From: Octopus sinensis
Taxonomy: Eukaryota
Length of the DNA stretch: 64,000 bases
Reading direction: 5' to 3'
Assembly: GCF_006345805.1 (NCBI RefSeq)
Contig: NC_042997.1
Location: 21,762,001-21,826,000, forward strand
The translations under genes and the position numbers were made by a program. Of the stretch, positions 12,966 through 26,420 are shown piece by piece. The stretch's first letter is position 1, and each line of letters begins with the position of its first letter. Under the pieces are notes generated by a model. That model was not told where the DNA came from, ran no database searches, and saw nothing but the letters and a program-made list of their open reading frames with translations.

Positions 12966-15900
12966 CAGCTCGCTTGCTTGAATTACTCTTATATTACAGG
13001 TGAGTGTTGTAAACCCAATAGTCTAATTTTCGTTCTCTTAAGCGATAAACAATTGGATTGAGTGCGAGACCAATCTGAAATTCCATACAGCCAATATTGA
13101 AATATAGAAGAAACTAGCCCCAGCTCTTCAAGAAAAATATATCATTACATTACGTTCTTTTAATTTAACTCCTAGCCAGACTTGATAAAAAAAATAACTA
13201 AAAACAAAGATGAACTAATCATGACTATACATATTGAGTAATTATTTTCCACGAGAAAAGATTCTGGGAAGTGAATGTGACTGTATGATCGTTGTATATA
13301 AAGGAATACTTGAATCGACAAAATGTTGCTTAATCTTCTTTCTATAACACTCTCCACACCACAGAATTGCATAATTAACCTTTATAAGGGAAAGAGGGTG
13401 TTATATAAGTTCACTTCCACTGGATAAACAGCAAGTTGGAGTCATCAAGTGATTCAGTACCACTCTATGTGATACGAACATGCAAAATAAATTTTAAATA
13501 ATTACAATAAGTAATTTTAATTTATCGCCACTAAATGATTTTGAAGGTGTGCAACACATGAATGTAGGTCATACAATGTAGCTTTTTTAAGAATCATAGA
13601 TTGCCAATGTATGTGCTGTTGGTACATTTACTAGTTTGAAAGGAAGCACGCGCGGCCACATTTGTGTGTAAAGTGATAATCGTCCCCCAGTGGGTATGAA
13701 CTTGTCAAATCTAGAAAATTTCAGTTTTGAAAAATATAGAATTATATATCACTAAACATTAATTTATTTTTCTGATATGAAATCTAATTTAGAATATTTT
13801 GTTGCCAATGTGCAAGATAGATTATATTCAAAAACGAACATTTCATAAAATAATGTTGAAAGCGAATTAACAATTGAATTAGGATCGACAAGTTTCAACG
13901 ACAACTTGTGAAATATTTCCCATCAGCATTCGTCTACGCTTACCAAATTGCTTCATTGGTTTCTGTTTAATATAAATGAACGGCTTTCTGAACACCTAAC
14001 TGCGATACCAATATAAATGAAGAATATCGATTTTAGAATACTGATTGCACCAAAGGATACAGTAATTGAATTATAGCTAACGGGAAAATTATAGGAAGTT
14101 GTGAAATATATTGTACCAATATGTTTTTTTTTTAAGATGGTAATATTTGGCTACTATTTCTAACAGATCAAATATGCAATTAGTTGCTTTGTCGACTCGT
14201 TTGACATCTTTCTTTAATCGGATAATATCGGAAAACCAAAAAGATTTAGTACTATTCTTTTTTAAGACCAACGCTGGTCAAGAATATTTGATTTTGAATA
14301 ATATCAGAGGAATTTAAAACCGTATTATATATACATGAAGAAAATAATAATCAGCGCTTTAAGATACAGACTATTCTCATGAAACCCTTCGTAGTTGAGT
14401 AAGATATATCTACTTGACACTGAAAGCATCAATGTGATGAATCAGAGGTTAAGCTACATCAAGCTATCACACATCTATATGCAGTTGTAAGTTTTGAAAC
14501 CTTAGCAAGTTGGACTAATACAAATGGGTAACAGAAATTACAAAATGAATTAAATATTTTCTTCTTCACTGTGAGAAAAAATGTGGAGGTAAATTCCTAG
14601 ATTTAGTAACTTTTTTTTATAGAATGTGTTATTTCTCTTCCATTATTATTCAAACGCGGCAAGTCGGAAAAATTGCATTGCAGTATTTTTTCCGAATCCT
14701 TATATCCTGAATTCAAATCCCTCCGAGGTCAGCCTTCTCTTTCATTCTCCAAAGGTCGATAAAAAAGTACCAGTCACGTTTTTGGATCGATGGTATTGTT
14801 TTACCTAAGCCAGAAGCTGTAATTTATTATTCATAGAGAGACAGTAGGATAGAAAAGATAGAGGGTCGATTTGTCTTCATTTTTTGGGTCGATAAAATAC
14901 ATACAAGTCACTCACCATACCTCCTTCAAAAATGTATGGTCATGTGGAAATCGATATCCTAAAGAAAGGCATTAACTTCACAACTTTTGAAGATTTCCTT
15001 CCTTTTGAGTTGGAGTGAAATCAATAATCGAACACAAATTGGCTTGCTCTTGACAAAATACGCAACGACAAAATTTTTTGCTGATGCATTCCCCCTGTCG
15101 ACTGAACATCATCAGTAAGTTGCAAGCGTCATAGAGTGAAGGCAATTTCTTGTCGATATGGTTTAGATTCCAAACATGAGCTGCTTCTTTTCTTTTCCGG
15201 AATTGCTGCTTCAGGAAAAGTAAGAACATATCAACTATTATTTCCTCTTCATTGATCAATAAGGGTTAACTGCCAATTTGCTAAATATTTTTGGAAAGAA
15301 GTCGAGTAGAAGATGAAAATAATTTGTTTAATACAATATAATTGTGAATATAAGTAAGTCAAATAATCAATATCTCTTACATTTTTGCACAACGTTTCGA
15401 ATTTGCAAGATTGGATAGAGTAGATCAAATCAACTCCACCTCAAAACTGATATTTTAAGGATCCTGAAAGATTTCAACAATGAACGTACAATGCTGTTAT
15501 ATTTCAACTAAAAACGCAAAAGTAAATATTATGCATTTGAAAAATTTTTCTAGTCATAGGAGAAGACAGAACCCATGGCTCTTTACAAAGATTACGAGAC
15601 TGGATGTGAATAAGGGGGAGGAATTTATCTTCAAATTGAGGACCTGGCCAGAATGTTTGCCACAGAACGCTGTTCACTAACAGCACCATAGAAGCCAGGT
15701 GATGGTGTTAGACCGGGTGATAAAATAAGTTTATTACCTTTGTAGGCCACGAAAGGATTTGAACTCAGAATCCAAAGAACAGAAGTAGTTACTGCAAGTT
15801 ATCCGGTTTGGTTTTCTTACATTTCTGCCAACCCACTCTGCTTTGGATTGATACGTTTTTATCAACCCCGAAAAACGGCAAGGCAAAAATCAAACTTCGT

Positions 15901-16009
15901 CAGCATTTGAATTCAGAGTGAATAGAGTAAACACAAATAATGCGAGGCTCTAAAGCTCTAACGACTCTGCCCATTCACCACATAAATACTAGGGCCCTAT
16001 AGTTTAGAA

Positions 16010-16342
16010 ACTTGCTTCTTGATAACATGGTTCTGAGCTCAATCACGCTGAGCTCAATCACTTTGAGCAAGTGTCTTCTATCGTAGCCTCAGGCCGTTCA
16101 GCGCTTTGTGAGTCAATTTGGCAGGCAAAAACTGCGTAGTAGCACGTTGTGTGTGTGTGCGTGTATTTCACATCCAACCGCTTGACAATCCTAAGTTGAC
16201 AGTTTGGCAAAAGTGATTCATACAATAAATGCCTAAATTAATAAAAGAGCACAGGCACTGTGCTCAGTTTGTTCAACTAAAATCCTTCCAGGCGGTGCTC
16301 CGACAAGGCTGAAATCTAATGAACGAAGCAGGTAAAAGAATA
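16010..16342 (+). mobile_element. SINE family S2, degraded
   Basis: ctttgagcaagtgtcttctatcgtagcc...ggcggtgctcc...aaaaga. Confidence 0.65.
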
Positions 16343-17024
16343 GAGATAGATGGATAGTTGGATAATCCTCTGGAAAAGAGTTGCATTTATATCAGTAATT
16401 CACAATGCTTAATTTTGAGTAAACACAGGGTTTTGTTGAGGGAAGGATATTCATAATCAAAGGGGGACAATTATAAATAGCTTCCAATGAAATCGACTTC
16501 ATCTCTGACACCCATTATGAAGCTAAGACAACAAAGTAAATAGATTGTATGTTACTGTCCAGGGTTAGTAATTGTTCATCACGAACTACATACATGATAA
16601 AAATAAGAAATGCAGGCCTTATGTTCTGCAGCTAGTTTGAAGAACAGTATAATCATTATTCATTTATTTGGTGTCATTATTTGCCCCCATCCGAATAAAT
16701 ACAAACCAAAAGAGAGGTAATGATCTGTTAGTATACTTTAACCAAAACAGAAATTCGTTTTTAATTTTACATCAATCTAATCTATCGCAAACGAAGAGGT
16801 AACTACACGATGAAACGTTTTAGTGTACAACGACCAGACGACTGGACAATCGACGCAAATCGATCGATCATAATAAAAGAAGCATTGTTATAGCATTTGT
16901 TTACCTTGTAAATTATTATGCACATTTTTCGTAATGTATCAACTTTTTAATGTAAGAACGGAAACGTTTGATGTGTTTCTCCAGCTTTGAATAAATAGCA
17001 ATAATTGTTTCTGTTATAGGCATT

Positions 17025-17190
17025 AGGCCAGAAATTTCGAAGGAGAGGAACAGTCAATTATATCGACCTCACTACTTTATTTTATTGTCCGGAAAGAATG
17101 AAAGGCGAAGTTGACCTGGGCGGGATTTGAAATCAAAACGTAAAGAGAACAACAAATACAGTAAAGCAGTTTCACCGACGTGCTTACAGT
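17025..17190 (-). mobile_element. SINE family S1, degraded
   Basis: gaaagaatgaaaggcgaagttgacctgggcgggatttgaaatc matches the S1 reverse complement. Confidence 0.6.
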
Positions 17191-17932
17191 TCTATCAGGA
17201 TACACATAGTCTATATAACCCACACTCTACACAAGACTCTCTCAATGAAATAAAGGAATTTCAGAAAATGGCAGTATAAAAAAAACAGTAACTGATGTAG
17301 CAATAATACAAACCCCATGGCTTAACGAATCAAATGTAGCAGAAAATACCTCTTCATCTCTCACCGTGCAAACGTTATGACTTACTATTGACCAGTCAGG
17401 CCCCAGAATGATATTTCTTGTACCGCAATGTGCATTCGAGTCGTTGAAGTTCATTGCGTTTCGAAATTTTATCAATTCCCGCAAATAGTTGTGCTCTCAA
17501 TCGATGCATGAGTTGGAAAAGCCCGCGTTCAAAATCTCTTCACGGTTTTGTGTTTTTCGACGATATCACATGGTGTTTCCGCTGAATGTGGCGACGGTAA
17601 GCAGGGAAAAGAATAGGGGCAAAATCTTCCTGTTGAAATGAAGGTATAGACTCAAGTGGATACATCTTCTATCGATTCATTAACGTCAGCTAGCACGCAC
17701 ACAGAGCAGATGACCCTCTTGCTATAGGGCGTGTCCAACGAAGTAACACGGACACTTTTACGAGAAAGTAACTGGTGACTTACAGAGTGTCCTATTGCTA
17801 GCTGTCGCAGGCACTGATTTCAGATATATGTGTTCACCCTCGTTAAGAAAATTGAATGTACCTGGTCTTCAGTGAAAACTCATGAAATCCTATAAAATAC
17901 AGAATAATAATAACAGTTGATGTTAAGACCTC

Positions 17933-18130
17933 TAGCTGGCAGAATCATTAGCACGCCGGACAAAATGCTTAGTGACATTTCCTTTGTCTTGGTATGAGTT
18001 TAAATTCCGCTCTAGTCGACCTTGTCTTTCATGATTTCGGGGTTGATAATGTATCAGTTGAGCATGGGAATTGATGTAACCGTCCACCCAAATCCTCAAA
18101 ATTGCTACTCTTGTGCCAAAAATAAGAAAA
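17933..18130 (+). mobile_element. SINE family S1
   Basis: agctggcagaatcattagcacgccgg...gagtttaaattccgc...ggggttgataat. Confidence 0.7.
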
Positions 18131-18681
18131 GAATAATCCTGGTTCATGTTTTTGATGGTTTTGTGGTTGTTTAGCAAGAGTTGAGCACTGAAATGGTCAT
18201 TACTGAAATACCTTTGAATCGTAGTTTGTTCGGATTTGGTGCTACACAACAGTAATAAACAACTGATGTGCATCATATTAGCCTTGGGAATAACAGTCCC
18301 CTACTTCTTGGCTACTAAACCATAAAGGGTTATGATGAAAAGTACAAGGAATTTTATTTTTTCAGTTTTTCTTTGGCATCTTTTCTTCGAGTTTCTGTGA
18401 ATATGCCAAATGGAAAAAAAATTGTTTAGATAAAAGAATATATCTTGTTACATATAATGGCATGTAAAGAGAGTTTCAAAACAAGTCTACATGCAATATT
18501 CATAAAAGAAAAAAAAGATAAAACAAAACACATGCTGTGTTTGTAGTCCCTTGCAATATTTTATTTTTACACCTGTTTCTTAGGTCGCTTAATGATCTAA
18601 CGAAGTCTAAATATAGCGAGAAAAGGCACCAGCTGAATATTTGCCCTAGTATTTTCGTACGTATGTATAAACACAAACATG

Positions 18682-18715
<34 letters not shown>

Positions 18716-18778
18716 TGTATGTATGTATGTATGTATGTATGTATGTATGTATGTATGTATGTATGTATGTTTGTATAA

Positions 18779-18850
<72 letters not shown>

Positions 18851-18905
18851 CATGTATATTTACATACATATTTATTTTATTCATATAAATATTCCAATGA
18901 ATATA

Positions 18906-19270
18906 AGCTTGCTTCCAACCACATGCTTCCGGGTTCGGTTTCATTGTGTCTCACCTTGGACAAGTGTCTTCTACTATAGCTTCGAGCCGACCAAAACCTT
19001 GTGAGTCGATTTGGTAAGCGGAAACTAAAAGAAGCCTGTCGTATGTATATGCATATGTGTGTGTGTGTGTGTGTTAGTGTTTGTGTTTGCCCTCCACCGC
19101 TTCTTAGCAACTGGTGTTGGTGTGTTTACGTCTCCGGAACTAAGCGGATAGGCAAAAGAGGCCGACAGAATAAGTAACATACTTAGCTGTGGTCGATCCA
19201 TTTGACTAAAAGTCCTTCAAGGCAGTGTCCCTGCATGGCTGCTGTCTAATGACTGAAATAAGTAAATGAT
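18906..19270 (+). mobile_element. SINE family S2, slightly 5'-truncated
   Basis: Aligns to 61665-62092. Confidence 0.8.
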
Positions 19271-20501
19271 ATATATATATAATAGCTAAGTGTTTAGGAC
19301 TTTGCACGCACGATCACGATATCTTGATCTCAATTTCAGGAACGGTTGGGGCGTTGTGCTCTTGAGCAAACACTTCGTCTTACGTTGCCCTACGCTCACT
19401 TCAGCGATTAATGTGTGGTACACCATGCACCTTTTCAGACAAAGTTCCCTTGTTATTGTTGTTGCTGCTTGTTTGTTTGTTTGTTTGTTTGTTTGTTGAG
19501 CGAAGCGGTCTTCGTCCCAGAGCTCGCAAGATCGCGCCTCTGTAGTGGGAGAAGTCCGAAACGTGGTCCTTTGCTATTCGTAAGACCCGCAGAAGAGAAA
19601 GCAGGTCAACCCTCGACACCGAGAGCATCGACGGATGGATGAATGCGCATCCAGGCTCAGCGGTTGCATAAGAAGTCGGGTGTTGTTGCTGCTGTCACTC
19701 GTTGTTGTTATCTGATTTGAGGCTGACTTTGGGTTGACCTCGCTTAGGCGCTATAATTGAAGACATCATAGTCGTGACTATACCATCTTTTTCTTTTATG
19801 CAGATCACTCAGGGACATGGTCTCACTAGACAGTTGCCCATAGGTTTTAGGCTTCTAGGGAGTCAAATGTTAATTTATGTACGTGTTGATTGTGTATGTA
19901 GAAATCTCAATGTATTATTTTTCCGGAAGGACTGTTATATTGCTAAGACAACTCAAACCAGGATTTCAGTATTTAACGTGTACTTTGTCTAAGGCTGTGG
20001 GTGTTATTTAAAGATTTCGTCGCAGTTTCTAGCAGGCCGAGCGACCACGTAGGATCTCCCTTGTTTGGCTCGAAATACCCTTTACAGGGCACCCCACAGG
20101 AAGCTATAAGTGCATCCCAAAATCTAACATTTTCTCCCAGTACCACGAAACATCTTAACTGCTCATTCTCTAAAGAGCTCCAGTGAGATCCACAATGGAG
20201 TATTTACTTATAGGACAGTGATGCTACTGCTGTTGCTAGTGCTGATGCCGCTACTAGACACAAAACCATCTTAGACATAAAGCAAGGCCATTTGAGTAAT
20301 GGGCATTCTATATCAGACCGATAGAGTTTCTGAAACTTCTTATAATTCTATTACTTTTATAACGACATTTACACCTCAAAATCACCAACCTCAAACACCT
20401 ACCTTTTGTCTTCCATCTTTACTATCTCTTACCATCAGTTCTACAAAAACCGCTTCTGCCAATCCGTCTTCCCCAAAATATCAGCATGCACAGGTGTGGT
20501 A

Positions 20502-20655
20502 GGTGTAGGTGTGACTGCGTGGTATGAAGCTTGCTTTCCGACCACAAGGTTCCGGGTTCACCGCCACTGCATGGCACCTTGTCTTCTACTACAGTCTCGG
20601 GCCAACAAAAGACTTGTGAGGGGATTTGGTAGACGGAAACTGAAAGAAGCCCATC

Positions 20656-20697
<42 letters not shown>

Positions 20698-20964
20698 GTA
20701 TGCATGTATGTATGTATGTGTGTGTATGTATCCATTTGTGTGTGTGCCTTTGTGTCTGTTTGTCCCCCACATCACCGCTTGACAACCGGTATTGGTGTGT
20801 CTACGTACCCGTAGCTTGGTGGTTCGGCAAAAGACACCGATAGGACAAATACTAGTCTTAAAAAGTAATTCCCAGGATCGATTTGTTCGACTAAGACCCT
20901 TCAAGGCGGTTGCTCCAGCATGGATGCAGTCAAATGACTGAAACAATTAAAAGAATAAAAGAAT
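20502..20964 (+). mobile_element. SINE family S2, near full length
   Basis: Aligns to 61665-62092, including the internal (TA)n/(TG)n. Confidence 0.85.
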
Positions 20965-21567
20965 GCTTGAATTCCTTTCTTGCTAATGTTTTCATACACG
21001 AGGAGACTTACATGTCTTCGTGCTGAATATAATTATTTATGTACATTCAGTGTAGGTATACCTGTAAAGGTCATGGACACAACCTCATGCCGCCTAACTA
21101 AGCCATGAATAAACAGACGTAAAAAGTATGGCAACGTAAGTGCGAAACGTTGAGCTAAGAAGCACACAAGGAAATACCACTAGGTCATGAAACACTTGAC
21201 ACTCTGTCTTCTTATAATACGTGTGCATGTGTGTTTTTACACACAAACACACACACATGCACGCACTTACATATACACACGCACGCGTGCACACACAATG
21301 AAATGCCAGTAAGTTTTCTTAATCATTTGAATAATCACTTACACGCACAAATACATGCATACATACATACATACAAACATACATTCACATATACACACAT
21401 GCATACATACATACATACATACATACAAACATACATTCACATATACACACATGTATACATACATACATACATACATACATATATGCACGCACGCATACGT
21501 GCATATGAACACGCACACACTCACACAAGTTTAGCAGAGCAATCAGGAAAATAGAACGCATCCTATG

Positions 21568-21598
<31 letters not shown>

Positions 21599-21638
21599 TC
21601 TTCTTCTTCTTCTTCTTCTTCTTCTTCTTCTTCTTCTT

Positions 21639-21710
<72 letters not shown>
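21599..21710 (+). repeat. Compound (TTC)n(TTA)n microsatellite
   Basis: Read directly from the sequence. Confidence 0.95.
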
Positions 21711-21713
<3 letters not shown>

Positions 21714-21960
21714 AAATAAAGAGAAGAGTGCCATATCATGTGCAATTAGTTGAACGATATTTCAGCATCTAGCGTGTCTTCCACAGGTTAAAAAATTACA
21801 TGTCAGTCTACTTCATTTTTTGTTAAGACTATATAGGACAGAGGTAACTCACCCAGAAGTTATACACAAATAAATAGAAGAGTGCCATATCATGTGAAAT
21901 TGGTTGAACGATATTTCGGCATCTAGCGGGCCTTCCACAGGTTCAAAAATTATCCATATA
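21714..21960 (-). mobile_element. Tandem 154-bp unit carrying a hammerhead-like motif (family D)
   Basis: ttgaacgatatttc occurs at 21750 and 21904. The minus strand of 21904-21946 reads UUGAAC CUGUGGA A GGC ccgcuagau GCC GAAA UAU C GUUCAA. The reverse complement recurs at ~48920-49135. Confidence 0.65.
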
Positions 21961-22960
21961 AGCCTTCTCATATTTTCTGCTACTTCATACATTTTGATTG
22001 TTCTTGTTATCCAGGAGTGTGGTATCATATTGTATGCTTTGCGATAGTCAACCCATGCCATTCTCAGGTTTGTATGTCTTCTCTTGCAGTTCCTGATAAT
22101 TAGTTTATCAATTATGAGCTGATCCTTCGTTCCCTGGTTCGACTTTCGGCACCCTTTCTGTTCAATGGGTAGTAGCCCACTTTTATCCAAGTATCTCTAC
22201 AGTTCACCGGCCAAAGCACCTGACATTAGTTACCACATTAGCGGAAGGCATGTTATTGGTCTAAAGTTGGATGCAACACTTCCCTTTTCAGGATCCTTGG
22301 TACATATCAACGTCTTTCCTTTTGTCATCAAGCACTCATCTAGCTGTTGTGCTATCTTTTCATGGAGCCTTCTCAGCTTCTACCTATAATAACCTTGAAC
22401 CCTGTCTGGTCCTGGCTCTTCCATTTTGGGAATTTTCTTAAATGTTTTTTTTTTATCATTTCTGCAGTTAACTTTATGTCTTCTTGGACTTCCCTAACTG
22501 AAATGAGTGTTCTGCCTGTTTTGGACAGATTACTGTTTGTTTCAATTCTTGCAACCATTCAACATCCTTCTTGTGCTCCCTGTCTTTTCTCCAGATGTCA
22601 CTCCACTGCTTTTGGCTTTCGATGTTATCTGGTGTCAACTCTTCATCTGTACACTCTCCATTTATTTCTTTGTAGAATCTCTTGTGATCTACTGAGAAAA
22701 TACTTTTCTGGTGGTAACCCTTCATTCTTTGGTCGTATCTTACCATCGTTTCTTTCTTTGCAACGAGGCGTTGTTTCAGCTCCTACATTACTATCTTCAG
22801 GCCCTTTCTTTTAATATTACACTTCAGCGCCCTGTATTTTTGTTCCCGTTTAAGCTCCCCTTTCTCTTTTCGGTCTAACACAGAGATTTCCTTCGAGAAC
22901 ATGTCTAACCCTGTCTGGATTTTTCTTTTCCACCATAGATTCTTTTTCTTTTGTCACTTC
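21961..22960 (-). mobile_element. R4/Dong fragment B: pre-RT region to RT motif 3, degraded
   Basis: [73 protein letters not shown]. Confidence 0.85.
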
Positions 22961-24570
22961 CGTTTTGTCCACAGATTCTGCACTTATCACTTTCTACTGT
23001 TTTATCTATTCTGTATTTTGTCTTTTCTCTATTTTATGTAGTTTGTTCTCTTGGGCAGCAGAGATAAGAGCCTCCGTTTCCCGTTTTAAATCACTTTTAG
23101 TCATCAACAGCCATCTTTTTTCTCTGTCTGTCTTTAACATCCCTATGCAATTGATCATGCATTCTTTTTTTTACCCATCTACTTTCAGTTTCATTCGTTT
23201 TCAATTTCTTGTATAGTGCTTTATTTTTGCAATCTTTAATCCTACACAAGCCTGACCTTCCTACTTCTAATAATAGCGGTTCTGTGACATTTTTGACATA
23301 CTATACAATGTTGTTTTTTCTGCTCTAATGCTGTGTTCGCATCCAATAAGTCCTCTTCCACATCTTTTTCTCGCTACATACAGTCTGTCTATGTCACTTT
23401 TTGGGTGGAGTGACCCATATCTAGTTAGCATCTTCCTTGTCTTTCTGCCTAAGCTTTTTAGTTCGTCTACTCTCCATGCGATTACCCCTGCTCCATATCT
23501 AAGGAGTGAAACCGCCCTTGTGTTGATAGCTTCGATCTTAATCCATCCGATTAATTTCGACTTAAGGATCAGTCTCAGTCTGCGCAAGTACTCTACCTTA
23601 AATTTTTCTGTCATTTCTTTTTCCATCAATGTATCCATTTCCTATATCCCCAAGTACTTATAGCCCGTCTCTTCTATTTGCTTCATAACCTCCCCCGATG
23701 GTATCGTTAGCCCGTCCATACATTTAATTTTGCCTCTCTTCAAGACTAATACGCCACACGTTCTCAGTCCGAACTCCATTGTGATATCAGCACTGAAGCT
23801 ATACACCGTGCGTGGTATCATGCACAGTTCAAAGATCAGTGGAGACGGGCAAACCCCTTGGAAGATTCCTTTCTTGATTTCTATTGTCCCTAAACTTCTT
23901 CCATATGCTGTCAGTTCCGTCCTCCAATTCGCCATACATTTTCCAAGTAACAGTTCAACATTAGATGCAGTACCAAATAGGTTCATACATTCCATAATAC
24001 ATGATGTGGGATCATATCATATACCTTACGATCATCGGTATATGACATGGCTAAGCTAGTTTTCTTCCTCTTGCAGTCTCTAAGCAGAGTTTTGTCTACC
24101 AGGGGTTGGTCCTTGGTGCCTCTGCACTTATGCTTTCATCCTTTCTGCTCATGTGGCAGGACTTCACCTTTTTACAAATGTCCGTATATTGACTCTGTGA
24201 CTATTCCAGTCAATAATTTCCGCATATGTGGCAAGCAGGATATCGGCCTGTAATTGTCTACCGTATTGCCTTTTTCGATGTTTTTCAAGCACAACACTCT
24301 CCTACTGATTGTCAACCACTCTGGTGTCACTTGGTCGGCATTTAATAAGGTATTGAGCAGTACAGCTATTCGTGTATGACATTCGCCAAATCTTTTGATC
24401 CAGTAGCCTTGAACTCCATCTGGTCCCGGGGCCTTCCAGTTGCCCATTTTTGTTTTTGCTGATTTCCTACACTTCCATAACTGAAATGACTACTTCCGCC
24501 TGTTGTGGACAGACTACTGTTTGTTTCAGTTCTTGCAACCATTCAGTATCCTTTTTGTGCTCCAGAAAAC
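22961..24570 (-). mobile_element. R4/Dong fragment A: RT motif 0 to start of the zinc knuckle, degraded
   Basis: NWKAPGPDGVQGYWIK, NYRPISCL, GIFQG..SPLIF, GYKYLGI, LHPKSDIDRLYVARKRCGRGL, DKCRICGQ. Confidence 0.9.
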
Positions 24571-24639
24571 AGCACTGCTTGGAACCGCGCGAATACTCTG
24601 GATGGGGATCGAAAAATAAGGGGTGTTACCTTAGTTGAC

Positions 24640-25612
24640 TTATAGTGAACAGCTGACACCTTAGTACATCTCCAGCGTTAGAGGCTATGTAAAGACAATA
24701 GAAGAAGAAGAAGAAGAAGAAGAAGAAGAAGAAGAAGAAGAAGAAGAAGAAGAAGAATGGAAAGTAAAAATATTGTACAGTCAGTTTGCAAGAGGTGTGA
24801 ATGCGAAGACAGATAGAGAGGACCGGTGTCTGTGGATGAAGAGGAGTGACCTGAAGATAGAGGCAGAAGCACACATGAACAGCTGAAGAACAAGCGTTAA
24901 GGACCAGCTATGTTAAGTGCAGAACAGACAACACTACCGATAACGACAAATGCAGAATGTGTAGTGAGAGGGGTAAAACGATATGGCACATCGTCAGCGA
25001 ATGCCCGAAATTGCCTCAACGCGAATACAAAAGACGCCATTATAGTGAGGCAAAACTGTTCCGTTGGGAGCTCTGTGGAAATTACGGCCTACAAAGAGTA
25101 AGGACGTGGTATCAGCAGACTCCAGAAGGAATCACCAAGAATGAGAACTGCAAAATCCTGTGATCACCTGACCAGACGTCGGAAACCGGACATTGTTTTG
25201 GTGAATACAGAGCAAAGAACATGTATGATAATCGACATAGCATGCCCCGGTGACAACACGATCAATGTGAAAGAAGAAGGAAAAATAAACAACAATGACG
25301 ATTTAAAGAGGGAAATACGAAGGTTGTGGTGAATGAAAAGATTAGACGTGATACCAGTAGTAATTAGTTCACTTGGAAGTATCATCACTCAACAACGAGC
25401 ATTGCTGAAAAAGATCGGTGCAATTGTGAAGGTAGAACACCTACAAAAACCATCATTGTCTGGAACTGCAAGAATTCTTCGCAGGGTTCTTGAAGCATGA
25501 CCAGTAAACTAGTGTCACTTTAGTCTGCTGACTGTGGACAGCCGACACTTTCCATGATACCTAGCAAAATAAGCTGCGAGTTTTTATCACATAATGATAA
25601 TAATAATAATTG
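24640..25612 (+). mobile_element. R4/Dong fragment C: 3' end (CCHC, RLE, UTR) with (TAA)n tail
   Basis: EQALRT..DKCRMC..TIWHIVSECPKL..KRRH, RRKPDIVLV...IIDIACPGD. Ends in ataatgataataataataat. Confidence 0.9.
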
Positions 25613-26304
25613 ATCTCTTCGTCATCAAATGCGTCGCTTCGCTTAATGTCAGTGCAATATGGTCGAGCAATATGACAAAGTGCTGACAATTCGTTTTTGA
25701 TCTCATTGCAATTGCTGCTAGGACTGCTACTGCTGCTGTTGCTGCTCGTGCCAGTGCTGCTACTGTTCTAGCCTCATTTCCTATTACAAAATCACTTCAT
25801 TCTCATTTCAAAATCCTCAAATATATACAATTGCACTTAGAAAACAACATATTATCTTCATAAAATTTTCGCGAATAAAGGTAAACACTGCCATAATTGT
25901 TGTCATCTTCAGCACCATCATCTCCGTAAACTTAATTGTCATTTCTCATCATCCCACCACACACAAACATATATATCCCTTATCGTATTAGTGTTCGGAA
26001 ACGTCATATCGGTAATTACACATATGCATATGACCACATATTCCCACACCATTTATGCTGATATACGCAGAATATTAGATTTCCATAAAACCTTAACATA
26101 TATAATACGCAAGTAATTTCGGGTAAAATAACTAAAATGTTTTATATTAATACAGATGGATTTCCGTAACATTAACAGCTTAGAAACATCTCACCGCACT
26201 AAGTAGAAATGTGAAGCAAAACTGTAGTGACGTCAGTCATTTGTAACATGTATCTAAGCTCTGGCAGCTGATATTTATAAACGAATAACAGTTCACGAGA
26301 GGGT

Positions 26305-26420
26305 GGTCAGGGCGTTACATTCACAGTCGCAAGATCGCGGTTTCGTTTCCCGAACTTGGTGGAGCAATATATTTCGTCGCTCCAGTTCACTCTGCTATAA
26401 TTGAAAAACCGTCTCGTTCA
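26305..26420 (+). mobile_element. SINE family S3 head, degraded
   Basis: gtggtcagggcgttacattcacagtcgcaagatcgcggtttcgtttccc. Confidence 0.5.

Noticed and set aside
14978-15259. 93-aa minus-strand ORF with a Cys-rich stretch
   Set aside because: No motif I can assign. It may be a transposon remnant, but this is unsupported.
18500-19004. Many ORF-track entries rich in YI, MYVC, HT, LS, poly-L, poly-S or poly-K (also 1035-1370, 6515-6808, 51204-51822, 63314-63792 and others)
   Set aside because: These are translations of microsatellites, not genes.
19540-19572. ctgtagtggga gaag tcc gaaacgtggtc, a hammerhead-like arrangement
   Set aside because: The core lacks A9 and no stem I forms.
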